This document shows, piece after piece, positions 8,230 to 14,494 of a stretch of 32,000 nt of DNA. Source of the DNA: Micrococcus luteus NCTC 2665 (GTDB lineage Bacteria > Actinomycetota > Actinomycetes > Actinomycetales > Micrococcaceae); contig NC_012803.1 of assembly GCF_000023205.1 (NCBI RefSeq), positions 1,620,001 through 1,652,000 of the forward strand, read 5' to 3'. The notes under the pieces are model-generated. The model was not told the DNA's origin. It did not search any database and was given only the letters and a program-made list of their open reading frames with translations. Numbering within the stretch: position 1 is the stretch's first letter; each line of letters begins with the position of its first letter. The position numbers and the translations under genes are program-made.

Positions 8230-9182
8230 GCGCGGCCGAGGAGCACCGCACCGCCTACGAGGTCCTGGGCGTGTCCCGCGACGCGACCGCCGAGGAGGTC
8301 CGGCGGGCCTACCGCCGCGCGGCCCGGGCCGCGCACCCCGACGTGGGCGGCGACCCCGCCGCCTTCCGGGCCGTGACGCGGGCGTGGGACCTGCTCGGCG
8401 ACGCCGAGGCCCGGCGCCGGTACGACCTCTCGCTGCCCGGACTCGACGTCGCCCGGGCCCGCGACCCCCGCGCGCGGGCCGGATCAGGGCGGGCGAGACC
8501 GTCGGGACCGTCCGGACCCCGCGGACGTGCCGCCCGCCCCGTGCGCTACGAGCCCCCGCCCGGCGAGGTGGAGGCCGACCCGACCGTGCTGGACCTGCCG
8601 CGATCGAGCCAACGCGTCCACGGGGCACCGCGGCCGCGCGGGATCCTGCCGGACGAGCACCGGGTGCTGCGGCAGGCCCGCACCCTCGACGTGCTGCTGC
8701 GCCACGTGGCGGACGCGCTCCCGGCCGCCCGGGTCCTGACCGGGCTGCGGCTGGACGGGCGCTGGGGACGGCACCTCGACGTGGACCACGCGGTGCTGTG
8801 CGGCCACCGCCTGGCGCTGATCGGCTCCGTCATGGTCCCGGAGGGGACCTACACCTGGGACGGGGCGGACCTGCGCTCCCGGGGCCGTCCCGTGACCCCG
8901 CCGTTGCTCGGCCCCGCAATGATGGCGTGGCAGCAGGCCCTGCCCCAGGTCACCGTCGGCGGCTTCATGCACGTGATGACGGACCGCGACGCGCGGCACG
9001 CGCCCGTGATCCGGCACGCGCGGGGCGCGAACTCCCCGGGGACGCAGGCCGACCTGCTCACCGCCCCGCCCGCGCCCGGGCTCGCCTTCGCCCGCGAGGT
9101 GGCCCTCTTCCTGGGCACAGGCCCGGACCCGGACCTCGTGGACCGCCGCGCGCTCGGCGCGCTGGTCGCCCGGCTCCACTGA
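8226..9182 (+). CDS. J-domain protein with a C-terminal NERD-like domain
   Basis: In-frame GTG at 8226 within track ORF 7344..9182, overlapping the upstream stop (GTGA). The N-terminus TAYEVLGVSRDATAEEVRRAYRRAARAAHPDVGGD...AWDLLGDAEARRRYD is a canonical J domain with HPD. An Arg/Pro/Gly linker follows. The C-terminus LRHVADALPAARVLTGLRL...LDVDHAVLCGHRLALIGSVMVPEGTYTW resembles a NERD nuclease-related domain. Confidence 0.7.
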   Translation: MSAAEEHRTAYEVLGVSRDATAEEVRRAYRRAARAAHPDVGGDPAAFRAVTRAWDLLGDAEARRRYDLSLPGLDVARARDPRARAGSGRARPSGPSGPRGRAARPVRYEPPPGEVEADPTVLDLPRSSQRVHGAPRPRGILPDEHRVLRQARTLDVLLRHVADALPAARVLTGLRLDGRWGRHLDVDHAVLCGHRLALIGSVMVPEGTYTWDGADLRSRGRPVTPPLLGPAMMAWQQALPQVTVGGFMHVMTDRDARHAPVIRHARGANSPGTQADLLTAPPAPGLAFAREVALFLGTGPDPDLVDRRALGALVARLH

Positions 9183-9210
9183 GCCAGACCCCCGCCCGGC
9201 GACGCCGCAC

Positions 9211-9216
9211 TAGGCT
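9211..9216 (+). promoter_or_regulatory. Candidate -10 hexamer TAGGCT for a leaderless trmL transcript
   Basis: TAGGCT-GGGCGC-GTG: a TANNNT hexamer, a 6-nt spacer, then the GTG start at 9223. No SD is visible. Confidence 0.3.
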
Positions 9217-9222
9217 GGGCGC

Positions 9223-9783
9223 GTGCCCGACTCCCCCGCCCCGCCCTGCCCGAACCCGCACGAGGGCGCCGACCGCGCCCCGGCGCCCGGCACCCCCGAG
9301 TTCCGTATCCTGCTGCTCACCCCGGAGATCCCGGGCAACACCGGCAATGCGATCCGGCTCGCCGCCCTCACGGGGGCCGAGCTGCATCTCGTGGAGCCGC
9401 TCGGCTTCGGGTTCGAGGACGCGCACCTGCGCCGCGCGGGCCTGGACTACCACGACCTCGCGGTGGTGACGGTGCACCCGGACCTCGACGCGGCGCTCGC
9501 GGCCCTCGCCCCCGCCCGGGTGCTGGCCTTCACCGCGCGCGGGTCCGTGCGCCACGACCGGGTCGCCTATCGGCCCGGAGACGTGCTGCTCTTCGGCCGC
9601 GAGTCCACCGGCCTGCCGGAGGAGGTGCTGGCCGACCCGCGGGTCACCGAAACCGTCTGCCTGCCCATGCAGCCGGCCCGTCGGTCCCTGAACCTGGCGA
9701 ACGCCGTCTCCATCGCCGTGTACGAGGCCTGGCGCCAGCACGACTTCGCCGGGTCCGCTGCCCACCCCGATTCTCTAGACTGA
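9223..9783 (+). CDS. trmL: tRNA (cytidine/uridine(34)-2'-O)-methyltransferase TrmL (SpoU/TrmH class)
   Basis: 186 aa. ILLLTPEIPGNTGNAIRLAALTGAELHLVEPLGF, LLFGRESTGLPEEV and SLNLANAVSIAVYEAWRQ are SPOUT motifs 1-3. Confidence 0.9.
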   Translation: MPDSPAPPCPNPHEGADRAPAPGTPEFRILLLTPEIPGNTGNAIRLAALTGAELHLVEPLGFGFEDAHLRRAGLDYHDLAVVTVHPDLDAALAALAPARVLAFTARGSVRHDRVAYRPGDVLLFGRESTGLPEEVLADPRVTETVCLPMQPARRSLNLANAVSIAVYEAWRQHDFAGSAAHPDSLD

Positions 9784-9790
9784 GGCCACC

Positions 9791-11221
9791 ATGCAGACTC
9801 CTGACGCGTCCGAGTCCCACGCCGACCGCCCCGACGACGCCGGCCAGCCCGCCCTGGACACCCTTCTGCGCCGCAGCGCCGAGGGCGACCGGGCGGCCTT
9901 CTCCGCGTTCTACGACGCCACGGTCCCGTGGGTGCACGGCCTGGCCGAGGCGATGTTCGGCCCCGGCGACGACGCCGCCGAGGCCACCGTCCGCACCTAC
10001 CTGACCGCGTGGGAGGAGGCGTCCGAGGCCAGCCTCGACCTGAGCGAGCAGGACGACGCGACCCACCGCGAACGCCAGGTGTTCACGTGGCTCGAGGTCC
10101 TCGCCCACCGCGTGATGACCTCGCTGCGCCGCGCCGGCGGCTCCGCGGCGGAACGTGGGCGTCGTCCCGGCCCGGCCGGCCCCGCCGCGCTGCCGGAGGA
10201 CCTCATGGACCGGGTGGACCCGGACGCGTTCGAGGCCGTGCGGCTGGCCTGGCTGGGCGGCTGCACGGACCGGGAGGTCGCCGATCGGCTGGATCTGCCG
10301 GCCGACCGGGCCCGCACCCTCCTGCGCGACGGCGTCCGGCAGGTCGTCGCGGCCCGCCGCGACCTCACCCAGGACGGCGCCCGGCCGTCCGCGCCCGCCC
10401 CGGCCTCCGGCCCGGCCCTGGGCGCGGGCGTGCGCGAGGACGTCGACGCCGGCCGCACGCTCGAGCTGGCCGACCTCTCCGCCGTGCACGCCCTCGACAC
10501 CGCCGGGCACACCGCGGCGTTCTCCGCCGTGCAGCGGCGCGGCGGTGAGCTGGCCCGGTGGCGCTCCCGGGTGGACGGGGCGCGCCAGGCGGTGGCCTGG
10601 GCGTTCCGGTCCGTGACGGCCGAGCCGCCGTCGGCCCTGCTGGAGGAGGTCCTGCGCCGCCTGCCCGCCCAGGACGTGGGCATGGACCTGATCGGCGACG
10701 AGTCGGCCCCCGCCGGCCCTCCGCGGGACCGCCTGCGCTGGCTCAAGGTGTCGGCGCTCGTGCTGCTCGCGGCCCTCGTGCTCGGCGTCGGCGGGTGGAC
10801 GGTGTGGAGTCAGTTCACGCGACCGGGCATCGTGCACCGCATCGACCAGTCGAAGGACCTGTTCACGACCTCGGAGTACCCGGCCCAGGACGGCGGCACG
10901 GTCCAGGCGTTCCTGTCCCGGGAGCAGAACAGCGGCTACCTGACGATCAGCGGGATGCCCCAGCTGCCGGAGGGTCAGTCCTACCAGCTGTGGCTCTACC
11001 CCTCGGACGGCACGGCCCCGGCCTCGCTCGGCACGTTCGACGCCAACGGCTTCGGTGAGCCCGTCACCTTCCGGGGGCTGGACCGCTTCGCGGCGATGGG
11101 CATCTCCGTGGAGCCCAGCTCGGGTTCGGAGGTGCCGACGTCGGAGCCCGTCGTCGGCGTGGACCTCGACCCCACCGCGCAGACCGGCCCGCGCTACGGC
11201 GGGCGACCGAGCACCAACTGA
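9791..11221 (+). CDS. Single-polypeptide fusion of a SigK-like ECF sigma factor with an RskA-type anti-sigma-K factor
   Basis: 476 aa with no internal stop. Residues ~20-190 look like sigma: LDTLLRRSAEGDRAAFSAFYDATVPWVHGLA...TWLEVLAHR (region 2-like) and AVRLAWLGGCTDREVADRLDLPADRARTLLRDGVRQV (region 4 HTH). Then come an anti-sigma N-domain (LELADLSAVHALDTAGHTAAF), a TM helix (LKVSALVLLAALVLGVGGWTVW) and an RskA C-domain (YQLWLYPSDG...GISVEPSSGSEVPTSEPV). It starts 7 nt after trmL. Confidence 0.75.
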   Translation: MQTPDASESHADRPDDAGQPALDTLLRRSAEGDRAAFSAFYDATVPWVHGLAEAMFGPGDDAAEATVRTYLTAWEEASEASLDLSEQDDATHRERQVFTWLEVLAHRVMTSLRRAGGSAAERGRRPGPAGPAALPEDLMDRVDPDAFEAVRLAWLGGCTDREVADRLDLPADRARTLLRDGVRQVVAARRDLTQDGARPSAPAPASGPALGAGVREDVDAGRTLELADLSAVHALDTAGHTAAFSAVQRRGGELARWRSRVDGARQAVAWAFRSVTAEPPSALLEEVLRRLPAQDVGMDLIGDESAPAGPPRDRLRWLKVSALVLLAALVLGVGGWTVWSQFTRPGIVHRIDQSKDLFTTSEYPAQDGGTVQAFLSREQNSGYLTISGMPQLPEGQSYQLWLYPSDGTAPASLGTFDANGFGEPVTFRGLDRFAAMGISVEPSSGSEVPTSEPVVGVDLDPTAQTGPRYGGRPSTN

Positions 11222-11242
11222 GAGGTCCCGCAGGGGGAGGGT

Positions 11243-12022
11243 TCAGAACCCGGCGATGGTGCGCGGGCCGTTGACCGTGACCAGGTGGAACGTCTCGGCG
11301 TGGCCCGGCCCGGCGGCCGGGCCGGCGGCGTGCCGGTGGTGCTCGGCCATCTGGTCGAGCACGTGCCGCCGCATCGCGTCGACGTCCGGGTGCTGGGAGA
11401 GGTGGGCGTCGAGGGCGCGCAGCTTCTGCTCCGCGAGGCCCGTGACGTCCACGACCGTGTTCCGGCGTGCGGCGGGGGCGGCGTACAGCAGCAGGTTCCA
11501 GACCTTGAACGCCTCCAGCCCCTCCGCCGCGAGCTCCGGGTACGCGTACGGGTTCTCGACCGCCGGGTACGCGGCGCGCACCACGGCCTCGCCGCAGGCG
11601 AGGTGGTCCGGGTGGGCGGCCTGCATCCGCTCCCAGTCCCGCTCGGGGTGGGTGCTGAGGACGACGTCCGGCCGGACGCGGCGCATCAGCGCCACGAGCT
11701 TGCGGCGCACGCCGTGGTCCGGCTCGAGGTGTCCGTCGCGCTCGCCGAGGAAGTGGACCTCGGCGGCACCGACGACGGCGGCGGCCGCGCGCTGTTCGGC
11801 GTGCCGGCGGGCGGTCATCGCCTCCGGGCCCTCCGAGTCGAAGCCGCCGGCGTCCCCGTCCGTCACGATGCACAGCTCGATGTGCAGCCCGGCCGCGCGG
11901 AAGCCGGCCAGGGTGCCGGCGGCCCCGAAGTCGAGGTCGTCCGGGTGGGCGCCGACGGCCAGGACCCGGCGCCAGCCGTGGTGGGCCGCGAGCGCAGCGG
12001 GGGTGGTGAGCGTGGTGGTCAC
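11243..12022 (-). CDS. PIG-L family (LmbE-like) deacetylase
   Basis: C-terminal 259 codons of track ORF 11243..13165, starting at the GTG at 12020-12022. VLAVGAHPDDLDFGAAGTLA and CIVTDGDAG are the metal-binding PIG-L motifs. The start overlaps the htrA stop (GTGA). Confidence 0.8.
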   Translation of the reverse strand: MTTTLTTPAALAAHHGWRRVLAVGAHPDDLDFGAAGTLAGFRAAGLHIELCIVTDGDAGGFDSEGPEAMTARRHAEQRAAAAVVGAAEVHFLGERDGHLEPDHGVRRKLVALMRRVRPDVVLSTHPERDWERMQAAHPDHLACGEAVVRAAYPAVENPYAYPELAAEGLEAFKVWNLLLYAAPAARRNTVVDVTGLAEQKLRALDAHLSQHPDVDAMRRHVLDQMAEHHRHAAGPAAGPGHAETFHLVTVNGPRTIAGF

Positions 12023-13338
12023 GAGCGGGTGTCCTCCGTGAACGTCACCTCGGTCGTCTGCTCCGCGCCGTCGCGGAGGTAGGTGACGTCCACCGAGTCT
12101 CCCACGCGGTGCTCGCGGACGACGGCGGTGAGGGACTCGGAGTCGATCACCGCGCGGTCGCCGACGGCGGTGATCACGTCGCCCTCCTTCAGCCCGGCCG
12201 CGTCGGCCGCCGACTCTCCCACGACCTGCTGGACGCGGGCGCCGTCGCTGAACACGGTCTGAGCGTTCTCGCCGCCGCCCTGCACCTCGGCGGGCTCCGG
12301 GGTGACGCTCACGCCGAGCATGGCATGCGTGGCCTTGCCGTGGTCGATCAGGTCCTGTGCGACCCGCTGGGCGTAGTCCACGGGGATGGCGAAGCCGACC
12401 CCGATGTTGCCCGCCTCGCTCGGGTCCTGGCCGGTCGAGGCGATCGCGACGTTCACGCCCACCAGGCGACCCTCGGCGTCGACGAGCGCGCCTCCGGAGT
12501 TGCCGGGGTTGATGGCCGCGTCGGTCTGCAGCACGTTGATGTACACCTCGCCCCGGGTGCCCTGCGGGGTGCCCGGCAGCTGGAAACGGTACTGGTCGGA
12601 GCCGGAGGACGAGCCGGAGCTCTCGCCCTGCGGCTCGGGCGCCTCGGAGGACGCCACCGCGATGGTCCGGTCCAGGGTGGAGATGATCCCGTCGGTCACG
12701 GTGTTCGGCAGGCCCAGGGGGGCGCCGATGGCGACGGCCTCGTCCCCGACCTTCAAATCCCCGGACCGGCCGATCTGGATGGGGGTGAGGTCCGGGGCGT
12801 CGATCTTGATGACGGCCAGGTCGGACAGCGGGTCGGTGCCCACGACGGTGGCAGCGTAGACCTCCCCGTCCGAGGTGCGCACCGTCAGCTCGGCGTCGTT
12901 GGCCTGGCCGCCGAGGGTGACCACGTGGGTGTTCGTGAGGATGTGCCCCTCCGTGTCCAGGATCGACCCGGAACCGGAACCGGAGGCGGAGCTCGACGTC
13001 GCGGAGATGGTCACCACGGAGGGCAGCGCGGTCCTCGCGGCGTTCCCGACGGCGGTGTCCGCCACGGGCTGTCCCCCGGCCTCGGCCGAGGTGTCCGTCG
13101 CCTGCGAGGAGGAGGAGCTCGCGGCCTCGGACGCGGCCTCGCCGCCGTCCTCCGCGACCGCGCAACCGGAGAGCCCCACCATGAGCACGGCTGCGGCGAG
13201 CAGGCCCGCCCCGGCACGGGCGCGGGACTGGGGCCGGGGACGCGCGACGGTGCGGGCCGTCGGCACGGGGGGCTGGGTGGGGGCGGCGGTCTGGTCCACG
13301 GGGTCCTCGCTTCGGGTCGGGCCCCGGGCGGTCGACAC
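12019..13338 (-). CDS. htrA: HtrA/DegP-family trypsin-like serine protease with a C-terminal PDZ domain
   Basis: 439 aa. N-terminal TM anchor (AGLLAAAVLMVGLSGC). Catalytic triad contexts TNTHVV, DLAVIKI and GNSGGALV. PDZ region AAGLKEGDVITAVGDRAV. Confidence 0.9.
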   Translation of the reverse strand: MSTARGPTRSEDPVDQTAAPTQPPVPTARTVARPRPQSRARAGAGLLAAAVLMVGLSGCAVAEDGGEAASEAASSSSSQATDTSAEAGGQPVADTAVGNAARTALPSVVTISATSSSASGSGSGSILDTEGHILTNTHVVTLGGQANDAELTVRTSDGEVYAATVVGTDPLSDLAVIKIDAPDLTPIQIGRSGDLKVGDEAVAIGAPLGLPNTVTDGIISTLDRTIAVASSEAPEPQGESSGSSSGSDQYRFQLPGTPQGTRGEVYINVLQTDAAINPGNSGGALVDAEGRLVGVNVAIASTGQDPSEAGNIGVGFAIPVDYAQRVAQDLIDHGKATHAMLGVSVTPEPAEVQGGGENAQTVFSDGARVQQVVGESAADAAGLKEGDVITAVGDRAVIDSESLTAVVREHRVGDSVDVTYLRDGAEQTTEVTFTEDTRS

Positions 13339-13420
13339 GGACGCCCGTCGTCTTGCGGACGCGCGCCCCGGGGCACGTCCACGCTAGCGTGCATGACTGA
13401 ACGCCGCCTAGGGCGTGTTG

Positions 13421-13945
13421 CTAAAGTAGGGTAGTCAGCCAGTGCAGTGTCGCTGCGAGGCTGAGCCCGGCGTGATAGTTCCGGGCGTACTTGTCCGAAC
13501 GCATCGCGATCCCTCGCCACTGTTTGAGCCGGTTGAAGCACCGCTCCACGACATTGCGTCCCCGGTAGCGCTGGCGCTGGTCTTCACCGAAGTCGATCGG
13601 TCTTCCTGGGCGGCGGCGCCGGTGCGCGATCTGATCGGCCCGCTCGGGGATCGTGGCCGCGATGCCATGCCGGCGCAGCCAAGCCCGGTTCGCCTTCGAG
13701 GGGTAGCCCTTGTCCGCAATCAGGCGGTCAGGCCGTATCCGGGGCCGCCCACGGGCCCCGGCAACGCTGATCTGCTCCATCGTGGTGGCCAGCATCGAGG
13801 TGTCCGCGACCTGGCCGCCGGTCACCACGAACGCCAGCACCCTGCCCTTGCCATCACAGACCAGATGAGACTTCGTCGTCAGACCGCCGCGGGAGCGTCC
13901 GATGGCATGATCAGCCGGCTCGTCCCCGGATTTCTTGTAGTTCAT
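13421..13945 (-). CDS. IS5-family transposase OrfB (copy 2)
   Basis: The 174-aa translation is identical to 3391..3915. Confidence 0.9.
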   Translation of the reverse strand: MNYKKSGDEPADHAIGRSRGGLTTKSHLVCDGKGRVLAFVVTGGQVADTSMLATTMEQISVAGARGRPRIRPDRLIADKGYPSKANRAWLRRHGIAATIPERADQIAHRRRRPGRPIDFGEDQRQRYRGRNVVERCFNRLKQWRGIAMRSDKYARNYHAGLSLAATLHWLTTLL

Positions 13946-14345
13946 CCAGGCCCCCTGTGGGGCGGGGCAGGGTCGCCCCGTGCTGGTGGACGCGCACGAT
14001 CGTGGAATCGATCGAGGCCACCCAGTCCAGCTCGCCAGCCTGCTGTGCCATGGACTGGGTCTTCTCCAGCACCCGCTCCCACACGCCCTGGGCGGCCCAC
14101 CGGTTGAAGTTCTTGTAGATCGTGTTCCAGTTCCCGAACCGCTCGGGCAGATCCCGCCACGGCGCCCCGGTGCGGAAGCGCCACGCGGTGGCCTCGACCA
14201 CCGCGCGCCGATCCACGGGCGGACGCCCGGTGGTCTTGGCTTCGGGGAACAGTGGGCCGATCACGGCCCAGACCTCGTCCGAGATGACATCACGCGACAT
14301 GACCCCAGACTCGCGCATCCACGTCCCCGAACCCTTTAGCAACAC
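13911..14345 (-). CDS. IS5-family transposase OrfA (copy 2)
   Basis: The 144-aa translation is identical to 3881..4315. Confidence 0.9.
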   Translation of the reverse strand: MLLKGSGTWMRESGVMSRDVISDEVWAVIGPLFPEAKTTGRPPVDRRAVVEATAWRFRTGAPWRDLPERFGNWNTIYKNFNRWAAQGVWERVLEKTQSMAQQAGELDWVASIDSTIVRVHQHGATLPRPTGGLDELQEIRGRAG

Positions 14346-14494
14346 GCCCTAGAGGCCGAACGTCCGCTCCTCCCACGGTTCCGGCCGCGCCGGATCCCTG
14401 GTGCCCGATTCCCACGCCGCCCTACACTCAACCCCAGGATCCGGCGGGTCGGCCCGGTGCGGCGGCTCGCCTCCGCCGTCGAAGGAGACCCCAC

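Larger units (their letters stand above)
13408..14352 (-). mobile_element. IS5-family (IS427-group-like) insertion sequence, copy 2
   Basis: Same 945-bp sequence and IRs as copy 1, offset +10030, flanked by CTAG. All ORF-track translations inside it are identical to copy 1. Confidence 0.95.

Noticed and set aside
7344-9182. Track ORF 7344..9182 read as a single 612-aa protein; likewise 11243..13165 as one 640-aa protein and 23735..25504 as one 589-aa protein.
   Set aside because: The N-terminal portions are Arg/Pro-rich shadow sequence overlapping other well-supported genes in different frames. Internal GTG starts with 4-nt stop/start overlaps or SD sequences give products of the expected family length.
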